In this document: positions 11,681-26,600 of the stretch, one piece after another
Layout of the letters: every line of letters begins with the position of its first letter
How positions within the stretch are numbered: the first letter of the stretch is position 1
Assembly (NCBI GenBank): GCA_964247055.1
Contig: OZ176052.1
Location: 13,764,001 to 13,828,000, forward strand
Origin: Paragordius varius
Taxonomy: Eukaryota > Animalia > Nematomorpha
Direction: 5' to 3'
Length of the DNA: 64,000 nucleotides
The notes under the pieces: generated by a model
Databases searched by the model: none
Seen by the model: only the letters and a program-made list of their open reading frames with translations
Told to the model about the DNA's origin: nothing
Position numbers and translations under genes: made by a program

Positions 11681-13241
11681 TTCATAAAAATTACATTTAT
11701 ACTCCGATCTCGAAAATATTTGGGGTGATGATGGAACTACCATAGGGCTACCCAAAAAAAATTATGGTGACATCACCTGATCAAATTTGGATTTTAGGTA
11801 GCCATTTTTATTTTTAAAATCGTATAAAATAAATTTTTTAAATAAAAATTACATTTATAATCCGATCTCGACAATATTTGGGGTGATGATGGAACTACCA
11901 TAGGGCTACCCAAAAAAAATTATGGTGACATCACCTGATCAAATTTGGATTTTAGGTAGCCATTTTTATTTTTAAAATCGTATAAAATAAATTTTTTAAA
12001 TATTTAAAAAATTCATAAAAATTACATTTATACTCCGATCTCGAAAATATTTGGGGTGATGATGGAACTACCATAGGGCTACCCAAAAAAATTATAGTGA
12101 CATCACCTGATCAAATTTGGATTTTAGGTAGCCATTTTTATTTTTAAAATCGTATAAAATAAATTTTTTAAATATTTAAAAAATTCATAAAAATTACATT
12201 TATACTCCGATCTCGAAAATATTTGGGGTGATGATGGAACTACCATAGGGCTACCCAAAAAAATTATAGTGACATCACCTGATCAAATTTGGATTTTAGG
12301 TAGCCATTTTTATTTTTAAAATCGTATAAAATAAATTTTTTAAATATTTAAAAAATTCATAAAAATTACATTTATACTCCGATCTCGAAAATATTTGGGG
12401 TGATGATGGAACTACCATAGGGCTACCCAAAAAAAATTATAGTGACATCACCTGATCAAATTTGGATTTTAGGTAGCCATTTTTATTTTTAAAATCGTAT
12501 AAAATAAATTTTTTAAATATTTAAAAAATTCATAAAAAATACATTTATACTCCGATCTCGAAAATATTTGGGGTGATGATGGAACTACCATAGGGCTACC
12601 CAAAAAAAATTATAGTGACATCACCTGATCAAATTTGGATTTTAGGTAGCCATTTTTATTTTTAAAATCGTATAAAATAAATTTTTTAAATATTTAAAAA
12701 ATTCATAAAAATTACATTTATAGTCCGATCCCCAAAATATTTGGGGTGATGATAGAACTACCATAGGGCTACCCAAAAAAAATTATGGCGACATCACCTG
12801 ATCAAATTTGGATTTTAGGTAGCCATTTTTATTTTTAAAATCGTATAAAATAAATTTTTTAAATATTTAAAAAATTCATAAAAATTACATTTATACTCCG
12901 ATCTCGAAAATATTTGGGGTGATGATGGAACTACCATAGGGCTACCCAAAAAAAATTATGGTGACATCACCTGATCAAATTTGGATTTTAGGTAGCCATT
13001 TTTATTTTTAAAATCGTATAAAATAAATTTTTTAAATAAAAATTACATTTATAATCCGATCTCGACAATATTTGGGGTGATGATGGAACTACCATAGGGC
13101 TACCCAAAAAAAATTATGGTGACATCACCTGATCAAATTTGGATTTTAGGTAGCCATTTTTATTTTTAAAATCGTATAAAATAAATTTTTTAAATATTTA
13201 AAAAATTCATAAAAATTACATTTATACTCCGATCTCGAAAA
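11026..13241. repeat. Tandem 7-monomer higher-order repeat (period 1194 bp) containing a 158-bp deletion monomer
   Basis: 15-bp deletion at about 11841 and 13035, GATAGAAC at about 11557 and 12751, AAAAATACAT at 11341 and 12535. The same pair occurs at 31497 and 32691. Confidence 0.88.
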
Positions 13242-14282
13242 TATTTGGGGTGATGATGGAACTATACCATAGGGCTACCCAAAAAAAATTTATGGCGACA
13301 TCACCTGATCAATTTGGATTTTAGGTAGCCATTTTTATTTTTAAAATCGTATAAAATAAATTTTTCAAATATTTAAAAAATTCATAAAAATTACATTTAT
13401 ACTCCGATCCCCAAAATATTTGGGGTGATGATGGAACTACTATAGGGCTACCCAAAAAAAATTATGGCGACATCACCTGATCAAATTTGGATTTTAGGTA
13501 GCCATTTTTATTTTTAAAATCGTATAAAATAAATTTTTTAAATATTTAAAAAATTCATAAAAATTATATTTATACTCCGATCTCGAAAATATTTGGGGTG
13601 ATGATGGAACTACCATAGGGCTACCCAAAAAAAATCATGGCGACATCACCTGATCAAATTTGGATTTTAGGTAGCCATTTTTATTTTTAAAATCGTATAA
13701 AATAAATTTTTTAAATATTTAAAAAATTCATAAAAATTACATTTATAGTCCGATCCCCAAAATATTTGGGGTGATGATGGAACTACCATAGGGCTACCCA
13801 AAAAAAATTATGGCGACATCACCTGATCAAATTTGGATTTTAGGTAGCCATTTTTATTTTTAAAATCCTATAAAATAAATTTTTTTAATATTTAAAAAAT
13901 TTATAAAAATTACATTTATACTCCGATCTCGAAAATATTTGGGGTGATGATGGAACTACCATAGGGCTACCCAAAAAAAATTATGGTGACATCACCTGAT
14001 CAAATTTGGATTTTAGGTAGCCATTTTTATTTTTAAAATCGTATAAAATAAATTTTTCAAATATTTAAAAAATTCATAAAAATTACATTTATTATCCGAT
14101 CCCCAAAATATTTGGGGTGATGATGGAACTACTATAGGGCTACCCAAAAAAAATTATGGCGACATCACCTGATCAAATTTAGATTTTAGGTAGCCATTTT
14201 TATTTTTAAAATCGTATAAAATAAATTTTTTAAATATTTAAAAAATTCATAAAAATTACATTTATAGTCCGATCCCCAAAGT

Positions 14283-17200
14283 ATTCGGGGTGATGATGGA
14301 ACTACCATAGGGCTACCCAAAAAAAATTATGGCGACATCACCTGATCAAATTTAGATTTTAGGTAGCCATTTTTATTTTTAAAATCGTATAAAATAAATT
14401 TTTTAAATATTTAAAAAATTCATAAAAATTACATTTATAGTCCGATCCCCAAAATATTCTAGGTGATGATGGAACTACCATAGGGCTACCCAAAAAAAAT
14501 TATGGCGACATCACCTGATCAAATTTGGATTTTAGGTAGCCATTTTTATTTTTAAAATCGTATAAAATAAATTTTTTAAATATTTAAAAAATTCAAAAAA
14601 ATTACATTTATACTCCGATCTCGACAATATTTGGGTTGATGATGGAACTACCATAGGGCTACCCAAAAAAAATTATGGTGACATCACCTGATCAAATTTG
14701 GATTTTAGGTAGCCATTTTTATTTTTAAAATCGTATAAAATAAATTTTTTAAATATTTAAAAAATTCATAAAAATTACATTTATACTCCGATCCCCAAAA
14801 TATTTTTGGTGATGATGGAACTACTATAGGGCTACCCAAAAAAAATTTTGGCGACATCATCTGATCAAATTTGGATTTTAGGTAGCCATTTTTATTTTTA
14901 AAATCGTATAAAATAATTTTTTTAAATATTTAAAAAATTCATAAAAATTACATTTATAGTCCGATCCCCAAAATATTTGGGGTGATGATGGAACTACCAT
15001 AGGGCTACCCAAAAAAATTATAGTGACATCACCTGATCAAATTTGGATTTTAGGTAGCCATTTTTATTTTTAAAATCGTATAAAATAAATTTTTTAAATA
15101 TTTAAAAAATTCATAAAAATTACATTTATACTCCGATCTCGAAAATATTTGGGGTGATGATGGAACTACCATAGGGCTACCCAAAAAAAATTATGGTGAC
15201 ATCACCTGATCAAATTTGGATTTTAGGTAGCCATTTTTATTTTTAAAATCGTATAAAATAAATTTTTTAAATATTTAAAAAATTCATAAATATTACATTT
15301 ATAGTCCGATCCCCAAAATATTTGGGGTGATGATGGAACTACCATAGGGCTACCCAAAAAAAATTATGGCGACATCACCTGATCAAATTTGGATTTTAGG
15401 TAGCCATTTTTATTTTTAAAATCGTATAAAATAAATTTTTTAAATATTTAAAAAATTCAAAAATTTCCTTTATACTCCGATCTCGACAATATTTGGGGTG
15501 ACGATGGAACTACCATAGGGCTACCCAAAAAAAATTATGGTGACATCACCTGATCAAATTTGGATTTTAGGTAGCCATTTTTATTTTTAAAATCGTATAA
15601 AATAAATTTTTTAAATATTTAAAAAATTCATAAAAATTACATTTATACTCCGATCCCCAAAATATTTGGGGTGATGATGGAACTACCATATGGCTACCCA
15701 AAAAAATTATAGTGACATCACCTGATCAAATTTGGATTTTAGGTAGCCATTTTTATTTTTAAAATCGTATAAAATAAATTTTTTAAATATTTAAAAAATT
15801 CATAAAAATTACATTTATAGTCCGATCCCCAAAATATTCGGGGTGATGATGGAACTACCATAGGGCTACCCAAAAAAAATTATGGCGACATCACCTGATC
15901 AAATTTGGATTTTAGGTAGCCATTTTTATTTTTAAAATCGTATAAAATAAATTTTTTAAATATTTAAAAAATTCAAAAAAATTACATTTATACTCCGATC
16001 TCGACAATATTTGGGTTGATGATGGAACTACCATAGGGCTACCCAAAAAAAATTATGGTGACATCACCTGATCAAATTTGGATTTTAGGTAGCCATTTTT
16101 ATTTTTAAAATCGTATAAAATAAATTTTTTAAATATTTAAAAAATTCATAAAAATTACATTTATACTCCGATCCCCAAAATATTTTTGGTGATGATGGAA
16201 CTACTATAGGGCTACCCAAAAAAAATTTTGGCGACATCATCTGATCAAATTTGGATTTTAGGTAGCCATTTTTATTTTTAAAATCGTATAAAATAAATTT
16301 TTTAAATATTTAAAAAATTCATAAAAATTACATTTATAGTCCGATCCCCAAAATATTTGGGGTGATGATGGAACTACCATAGGGCTACCCAAAAAAAATT
16401 ATGGCGACATCACCTGATCAAATTTGGATTTTAGGTAGCCATTTTTATTTTTAAAATCGTATAAAATAAATTTTTTAAATATTTAAAAAATTCAAAAAAA
16501 TTACATTTATACTCCGATCTCGACAATATTTGGGGTGATGATGGAACTACCATAGGGCTACCCAAAAAAAATTATGGTGACATCACCTGATCAAATTTGG
16601 ATTTTAGGTAGCCATTTTTATTTTTAAAATTATATAAAATAAATTTTTTAAATATTTAAAAAATTCATAAAAATTACATTTATAGTCCGATCCCCAAAAT
16701 ATTCGGGGTGATGATGGAACTACCATAGGGCTACCCAAAAAAAATTATGGCGACATCACCTGATCAAATTTGGATTTTAGGTAGCCATTTTTATTTTTAA
16801 AATCGTATAAAATAAATTTTTTAAATATTTAAAAAATTCAAAAAAATTACATTTATACTCCGATCTCGACAATATTTGGGTTGATGATGGAACTACCATA
16901 GGGCTACCCAAAAAAAATTATGGTGACATCACCTGATCAAATTTGGATTTTAGGTAGCCATTTTTATTTTTAAAATCGTATAAAATAAATTTTTTAAATA
17001 TTTAAAAAATTCATAAAAATTACATTTATACTCCGATCCCCAAAATATTTTTGGTGATGATGGAACTACTATAGGGCTACCCAAAAAAAATTTTGGCGAC
17101 ATCATCTGATCAAATTTGGATTTTAGGTAGCCATTTTTATTTTTAAAATCGTATAAAATAAATTTTTTAAATATTTAAAAAATTCATAAAAATTACATTT

Positions 17201-19640
17201 ATAGTCCGATCCCCAAAATATTTGGGGTGATGATGGAACTACCATAGGGCTACCCAAAAAAATTATAGTGACATCACCTGATCAAATTTGGATTTTAGGT
17301 AGCCATTTTTATTTTTAAAATCGTATAAAATAAATTTTTTAAATATTTAAAAAATTCATAAAAATTACATTTATACTCCGATCCCCAAAATATTTTTGGT
17401 GATGATGGAACTACTATAGGGCTACCCAAAAAAAATTTTGGCGACATCATCTGATCAAATTTGGATTTTAGGTAGCCATTTTTATTTTTAAAATCGTATA
17501 AAATAAATTTTTTAAATATTTAAAAAATTCATAAAAATTACATTTATAGTCCGATCCCCAAAATATTTGGGGTGATGATGGAACTACCATAGGGCTACCC
17601 AAAAAAATTATAGTGACATCACCTGATCAAATTTGGATTTTAGGTAGCCATTTTTATTTTTAAAATCGTATAAAATAAATTTTTTAAATATTTAAAAAAT
17701 TCATAAAAATTACATTTATACTCCGATCTCGAAAATATTTGGGGTGATGATGGAACTACCATAGGGCTACCCAAAAAAAATTATGGCGACATCACCTGAT
17801 CAAATTTGGATTTTAGGTAGCCATTTTTATTTTTAAAATCGTATAAAATAAATTTTTTAAATATTTAAAAAATTCAAAAAAATTACATTTATACTCCGAT
17901 CTCGACAATATTTGGGGTGATGATGGAACTACCATAGGGCTACCCAAAAAAAATTATGGTGACATCACCTGATCAAATTTGGATTTTAGGTAGCCATTTT
18001 TATTTTTAAAATCGTATAAAATAAATTTTTTAAATATTTAAAAAATTCATAAAAATTACATTTATAGTCCGATCCCCAAAATATTCGGGGTGATGATGGA
18101 ACTACCATAGGGCTACCCAAAAAAAATTATGGCGACATCACCTGATCAAATTTGGATTTTAGGTAGCCATTTTTATTTTTAAAATCGTATAAAATAAATT
18201 TTTTAAATATTTAAAAAATTCAAAAAAATTACATTTATACTCCGATCTCGACAATATTTGGGTTGATGATGGAACTACCATAGGGCTACCCAAAAAAAAT
18301 TATGGTGACATCACCTGATCAAATTTGGATTTTAGGTAGTCATTTTTATTTTTAAAATCGTATAAAATAAATTTTTTAAATATTTAAAAAATTCATAAAA
18401 ATTACATTTATACTCCGATCCCCAAAATATTTTTGGTGATGATGGAACTACTATAGGGCTACCCAAAAAAAATTTTGGCGACATCATCTGATCAAATTTG
18501 GATTTTAGGTAGCCATTTTTATTTTTAAAATCGTATAAAATAAATTTTTTAAATATTTAAAAAATTCATAAAAATTACATTTATAGTCCGATCCCCAAAA
18601 TATTTGGGGTGATGATGGAACTACCATAGGGCTACCCAAAAAAAATTATGGCGACATCACCTGATCAAATTTGGATTTTAGGTAGCCATTTTTATTTTTA
18701 AAATCGTATAAAATAAATTTTTTAAATATTTAAAAAATTCAAAAAAATTACATTTATACTCCGATCTCGACAATATTTGGGGTGATGATGGAACTACCAT
18801 AGGGCTACCCAAAAAAAATTATGGTGACATCACCTGATCAAATTTGGATTTTAGGTAGCCATTTTTATTTTTAAAATCGTATAAAATAAATTTTTTAAAT
18901 ATTTAAAAAATTCATAAAAATTACATTTATACTCCGATCTCGACAATATTTGGGGTGATGATGGAACTACCATAGGGCTACCCAAAAAAAATTATGGTGA
19001 CATCACCTGATCAAATTTGGATTTTAGGTAGCCATTTTTATTTTTAAAATCGTATAAAATAAATTTTTTAAATATTTAAAAAATTCATAAATATTACATT
19101 TATAGTCCGATCCCCAAAATATTTGGGGTGATGATGGAACTACCATAGGGCTACCCAAAAAAAATTATGGCGACATCACCTGATCAAATTTGGATTTTAG
19201 GTAGCCATTTTTATTTTTAAAATCGTATAAAATAAATTTTTTAAATATTTAAAAAATTCAAAAAAATTACCTTTATACTCCGATCTCGACAATATTTGGG
19301 GTGATGATGGAACTACCATAGGGCTACCCAAAAAAAATTATGGCGACATCACCTGATCAAATTTGGATTTTAGGTAGCCATTTTTATTTTTAAAATCGTA
19401 TAAAATAAATTTTTTAAATATTTAAAAAATTCATAAAAATTACATTTATACTCCGATCCCCAAAATATTTGGGGTGATGATGGAACTACCATATGGCTAC
19501 CCAAAAAAATTATAGTGACATCACCTGATCAAATTTGGATTTTAGGTAGCCATTTTTATTTTTAAAATCGTATAAAATAAATTTTTTAAATATTTAAAAA
19601 ATTCATAAAAATTACATTTATACTCCGATCTCGAAAATAT
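14283..19640. repeat. Cluster of variable higher-order repeats (8-, 5-, 2- and 6-monomer spacings)
   Basis: The TATTTTTGGT...TTTTGGCGACATCATCTG monomer occurs at 14801, 16181, 17046, 17391 and 18428. TTGGGTTGAT occurs at 14631, 16011, 16876 and 18258. Confidence 0.85.
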
Positions 19641-22600
19641 TTGGGGTGATGATGGAACTACCATAGGGCTACCCAAAAAAAATTATGGTGACATCACCTG
19701 ATCAAATTTGGATTTTAGGTAGCCATTTTTATTTTTAAAATCGTATAAAATAAATTTTTTAAATATTTAAAAAATTCATAAAAATTACATTTATAGTCCG
19801 ATCCCCAAAATATTTGGGGTGATGATGGAACTACCATAGGGCTACCCAAAAAAAAATATGGCGACATCACCTGATCAAATTTGGATTTTAGGTAGCCATT
19901 TTTATTTTTAAAATCGTATAAAATAAATTTTTTAAATATTTAAAAAATTCATAAAAATTACATTTATAGTCCGATCCCCAAAATATTTGGGGTGATGATG
20001 GAACTACCATAGGGCTACCCAAAAAAATTATAGTGACATCACCTGATCAAATTTGGATTTTAGGTAGCCATTTTTATTTTTAAAATCGTATAAAATAAAT
20101 TTTTTAAATATTTAAAAAATTCATAAAAATTACATTTATACTCCGATCTCGAAAATATTTGGGGTGATGATGGAACTACCATAGGGCTACCCAAAAAAAA
20201 TTATGGTGACATCACCTGATCAAATTTGGATTTTAGGTAGCCATTTTTATTTTTAAAATCGTATAAAATAAATTTTTTAAATATTTAAAAAATTCATAAA
20301 AATTACATTTATAGTCCGATCCCCAAAATATTTGGGGTGATGATGGAACTACCATAGGGCTTCCCAAAAAAAATTATGGCGACATCACCTGATCAAATTT
20401 GGATTTTAGGTAGCCATTTTTATTTTTAAAATCGTATAAAATAAATTTTTTAAATATTTAAAAAATTCATAAAAATTACATTTATTGTCCGATCCCCAAA
20501 ATATTTGGGGTGATGATGGAACTACCATAGGGCTACCCAAAAAAATTATAGTGACATCACCTGATCAAATTTGGATTTTAGGTAGCCATTTTTATTTTTA
20601 AAATCGTATAAAATAAATTTTTTAAATAAAAAATTCATAAAAATTACATTTATAGTCCGATCCCCAAAATATTTGGGGTGATGATGGAACTACTATAGGG
20701 CTACCTAAAAAAAATTATGGCGACATCACCTGATCAAATTTGGATTTTAGGTAGCCATTTTTATTTTTAAAATCGTATAAAATAAATTTTTTAAATATTT
20801 AAAAAATTCATAAAAATTACATTTATAGTCCGATCCCCAAAATATTTGGGGTGATGATGGAACTACCATAGGGCTACCCAAAAAAAAATATGGCGACATC
20901 ACCTGATCAAATTTGGATTTTAGGTAGCCATTTTTATTTTTAAAATCGTATAAAATAAATTTTTTAAATATTTAAAAAATTCATAAAAATTACATTTATA
21001 GTCCGATCCCCAAAATATTTGGGGTGATGATGGAACTACCATAGGGCTACCCAAAAAAATTATAGTGACATCACCTGATCAAATTTGGATTTTAGGTAGC
21101 CATTTTTATTTTTAAAATCGTATAAAATAAATTTTTTAAATATTTAAAAAATTCATAAAAATTACATTTATACTCCGATCTCGAAAATATTTGGGGTGAT
21201 GATGGAACTACCATAGGGCTACCCAAAAAAAATTATGGTGACATCACCTGATCAAATTTGGATTTTAGGTAGCCATTTTTATTTTTAAAATCGTATAAAA
21301 TAAATTTTTTAAATATTTAAAAAATTCATAAAAATTACATTTATAGTCCGATCCCCAAAATATTTGGGGTGATGATGGAACTACCATAGGGCTACGCAAA
21401 AAAAATTATGGCGACATCACCTGATCAAATTTGGATTTTAGGTAGCCATTTTTATTTTTAAAATCGTATAAAATAAATTTTTTAAATATTTAAAAAATTC
21501 AAAAAAATTACATTTATACTCCGATCTCGACAATATTTGGGGTGATGATGGAACTACCATAGGGCTACCCAAAAAAAATTATGGTGACATCACCTGATCA
21601 AATTTGGATTTTAGGTAGCCATTTTTATTTTTAAAATCGTATAAAATAAATTTTTTAAATATTTAAAAAATTCATAAAAATTACATTTAAAGTCCGATCC
21701 CAAAAATATTTGGGGTTATGATGGAACTACCATAGGGCTACCCAAAAAAAATTATGGTGACATCACCTGATCAAATTTGGATTTTAGGTAGCCATTTTTA
21801 TTTTTAAAATCGTATAAAATAAATTTTTTAAATATTTAAAAAATTCATAAAAATTACATTTATACTCCGATCTCGAAAATATTTGGGGTGATGATGGAAC
21901 TACCATAGGGCTACCCAAAAAAAATTATAGTGACATCACCTGATCAAATTTGGATTTTAGGTAGCCATTTTTATTTTTAAAATCGTATAAAATAAATTTT
22001 TTAAATATTTAAAAAATTCATAAAAATTACATTTATAGTCCGATCCCCAAAAATTTAGGGTGATGATGGAACTACCATAGGGCTACCCAAAAAAAATTAT
22101 GGTGACATCACCTGATCAAATTTGGATTTTAGGTAGCCATTTTTATTTTTAAAATCGTATAAAATAAATTTTTTAAATATTTAAAAACTTCATAAAAATT
22201 ACATTTATAGTCCGATCCCCAAAATATTTGGGGTGATGATGGAACTACCATAGGGCTACCCAAAAAAAATTATGGCGACATCACCTGATCAAATTTGGAT
22301 TTTAGGTAGCCATTTTTATTTTTAAAATCATATAAAATAAATTTTTTAAATATTTAAAAAATTCAAAAAAATTACATTTATACTCCGATCTCGACAATAT
22401 TTGGGGTGATGATGGAACTACCATAGGGCTACCCAAAAAAAATTATGGTGACATCACCTGATCAAATTTGGATTTTAGGTAGCCATTTTTATTTTTAAAA
22501 TCGTATAAAATAAATTTTTTAAATATTTAAAAAATTCATAAAAATTATATTTATACTCCGATCTCGAAAATATTTGGGGTGATGATGGAACTAGCATAGG

Positions 22601-23603
22601 GCTACCCAAAAAAAATTATGGTGACATCACCTGATCAAATTTGGATTTTAGGTAGCCATTTTTATTTTTAAAATCGTATAAAATAAATTTTTTAAATATT
22701 TAAAAAATTCATAAAAATTACATTTATACTCCGATCTCGAAAATATTTGGGGTGATGATGGAACTACCATAGGGCTACCCAAAAAAAATTATAGTGACAT
22801 CACCTGATCAAATTTGGATTTTAGGTAGCCATGTTTATTTTTAAAATCCTATAAAGTAAATTTTTTAAATATTAAAAAAATTCATAAAAATTACATTTAT
22901 AGTCCGATCCCCAAAGTATTTGGGGTGATGATGGAACTACCATAGGGCTACCCAAAAAAATTATAGTGACATCACCTGATCAAATTTGGATTTTAGGTAG
23001 CCATTTTTATTTTTAAAATCGTATAAAATAAATTTTTTAAATATTTAAAAAATTCATAAAAATTACATTTATACTCCGATCTCGAAAATATTTGGGGTGA
23101 TGATGGAACTACCATAGGGCTACCCAAAAAAAATATAGTGACATTACCTGATCAAATTTGGATTTTAGGTAGCCATTTTTATTTTTAAAATCGTATAAAA
23201 TAAATTTTTTAAATATTTAAAAAATTCATAAAAATTACATTTATACTCCGATCTCGAAAATATTTGGGGTGATGATGGAACTACCATAGGGCTACCCAAA
23301 AAAATATAGTGACATCACCTGATCAAATTTGGATTTTAGGTAGCCATTTTTATTTTTAAAATCGTATAAAATAAATTTTTTAAATATTTAAAAAATTCAT
23401 AAAAATTACATTTATACTCCGATCTCGAAAATATTTGGGGTGATGATGGAACTACCATAGGGCTACCCAAAAAAATTATAGTGACATCACCTGATCAAAT
23501 TTGGATTTTAGGTAGCCATTTTTATTTTTAAAATCGTATAAAATAAATTTTTTAAATATTTAAAAAATTCATAAAAATTACATTTATAGTCCGATCCCCA
23601 AAA

Positions 23604-26600
23604 TATTTGGGGTGATGATAGAACTACCATAGGGCTACCCAAAAAATATTATGGCGACATCACCTGATCAAATTTGGATTTTAGGTAGCCATTTTTATTT
23701 TTAAATCGTATAAAATAAATTTTTTAAATATTTAAAAAATTCAAAAAAATTAGATTTATACTCCGATCTCGACAATATTTGGGGTGATGATGGAATTACC
23801 ATAGGGCTACCCAAAAAAAATTATGGTGACATCACCTGATCAAATTTGGATTTTAGGTAGCCATTTTTATTTTTAATATCGTATAAAATATATTTTTTAA
23901 ATATTTAAAAAATTCATAAAAATTACATTTATACTCCGATCTCGAAAATATTTGGGGTGATGATGGAACTACCATAGGGCTACCCAAAAAAAATTATGGT
24001 GACATCACCTGATCAAATTTGGATTTTAGGTAGCCATTTTTATTTTTAAATCGTATAAAATAAATTTTTTAAATATTTAAAAAATTCAAAAAAATTAGAT
24101 TTATACTCCGATCTCGACAATATTTGGGGTGATGATGGAATTACCATAGGGCTACCCAAAAAAAATTATGGTGACATCACCTGATCAAATTTGGATTTTA
24201 GGTAGCCATTTTTATTTTTAATATCGTATAAAATAAATTTTTTAAAAATTTAAAAAATTAATAAAAATTACATTTATACTCCGATCTCGAAAATATTTGG
24301 GGTGATGATGGAACTACCATAGGGCTACCCAAAAAAAATTATGGTGACATCACCTGATCAAATTTGGATTTTAGGTAGCCATTTTTATTTTTAAAATCGT
24401 ATAAAATAAATTTTTTAAATATTTAAAAAATTCATAAAAATTACATTTATAGTCCGATCCCCAAAATATTTGGGGTGATGATGGAACTACCATAGGGCTA
24501 CGCAAAAAAAATTATGGCGACATCACCTGATCAAATTGGGATTTTAGGTAGCCATTTTTATTTTTAAAATCGTATAAAATAAATTTTTTAAATATTTAAA
24601 AAATTCAAAAAAATTACATTTATACTCCGATCTCGACAATATTTGGGGTGATGATGGAACTACCATAGGGCTACCCAAAAAAAATTATGGTGACATCACC
24701 TGATCAAATTTGGATTTTAGGTAGCCATTTTTATTTTTAAAATCGTATAAAATAAATTTTTTAAATATTTAAAAAATTCATAAAAATTACATTTAAAGTC
24801 CGATCCCAAAAATATTTGGGGTGATGATGGAACTACCATAGGGCTACCCAAAAAAATTATAGTGACATCACCTGATCAAATTTGGATTTTAGGTAGCCAT
24901 TTTTATTTTTAAAATCGTATAAAATAAATTTTTTAAATATTTAAAAAATTCATAAAAATTACATTTATACTCCGATCTCGAAAATATTTGGGGTGATGAT
25001 GGAACTACCATAGGGCTACCCAAAAAAAATATAGTGACATCACCTGATCAAATTTGGATTTTAGGTAGCCATTTTTATTTTTATAATCGTATAAAATAAA
25101 TTTTTTAAATATTTAAAAAATTCATAAAAATTACATTTATACTCCGATCTCGAAAATATTTGGGGTGATGATGGAACTACCATAGGGCTACCCAAAAAAA
25201 ATTATGGTGACATCACCTGATCAAATTTGGATTTTAGGTAGCCATTTTTATTTTTAAAATCGTATAAAATAAATTTTTTAAATATTTAAAAAATTCATAA
25301 AAATTACATTTATACTCCGATCTCGAAAATATTTGGGGTGATGATGGAACTACAATAGGGCTACCCAAAAAAATTATAGTGACATCACCTGATCAAATTT
25401 GGATTTTAGGTAGCCATTTTTATTTTTAAAATCGTATAAAATAAATTTTTTAAATATTTAAAAAATTCAAAAAAATTACATTTATACTCCGATCTCGACA
25501 ATATTTGGGGTGATGATGGAATTACCATAGGGCTACCCAAAAAAAATTATGGTGACATCACCTGATCAAATTTGGATTTTAGGTAGCCATTTTTATTTTT
25601 AAAATCGTTTAAAATAAATTTTTTAAATATTTAAAAAATTCATAAAAATTACATTTAAAGTCCGATCTCAAAAATATTTGGGGTTATGATGGAACTACCA
25701 TAGGGCTACCCAAAAAAAATTATGGTGACATCACCTGATCAAATTTGGATTTTAGGTAGCCATTTTTATTTTTAAAATCGTATAAAATAAATTTTTTAAA
25801 TATTTAAAAATTTCAAAAAAATTACATTTATACTCCGATCTCGACAATATTTGGGGTGATGATGGAATTACCATAGGGCTACCCAAAAAAAATTATGGCG
25901 ACATCACCTGATCAAATTTGGATTTTAGGTAGCCATTTTTATTTTTAAAATCGTATAAAATAAATTTTTTAAATATTTAAAAAATTCATAAAAATTATAT
26001 TTATACTCCGATCTCGAAAATATTTGGGGTGATGATGGAACTAGCATAGGGCTACCCAAAAAAAATTATGGTGACATCACCTGATCAAATTTGGATTTTA
26101 GGTAGCCATTTTTATTTTTAAAATCGTATAAAATAAATTTTTTAAATATTAAAAAAATTCATAAAAATTACATTTATAGTCCGATCCCCAAAGTATTTGT
26201 GGTGATGATGGAACTACCATAGGGCTACCCAAAAAAATTATAGTGACATCACCTGATCAAATTTGGATTTTAGGTAGCCATTTTTATTTTTAAAATCGTA
26301 TAAAATAAATTTTTTAAATATTTAAAAACTTCATAAAAATTACATTTATAGTCCGATCCCCAAAATATTTGGGGTGATGATGGAACTACCATAGGGCTAC
26401 CCAAAAAAAATTATGGTGACATCACCTGATCAAATTTGGATTTTAGGTAGCCATTTTTATTTTTAAAATCGTATAAAATAAATTTTTTAAATATTTAAAA
26501 AATTCATAAAAATTACATTTATACTCCGATCTCGAAAATATTTGGGGTGATGATGGAACTACAATAGGGCTACCCAAAAAAATTATAGTGACATCACCTG

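Larger units (their letters stand above)
2571..16150. repeat. Long segmental duplication within the array, copy 1 (looser match extends back to about 850)
   Basis: Ordered rare markers are shared with 23604-35805: TTAGATTT, AAATTGGGA, CTACAATAG, AAATTTAGGG, CGTAAAAT, AATAATTAAA, TTCCATTAT, GGTTCTG, the 15-bp deletion, ACTATACCAT, AATCATGG, GTGACGAT. Offsets step 21038, 20865, 21037, 21210, 19655 bp in whole-monomer units. Confidence 0.93.
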
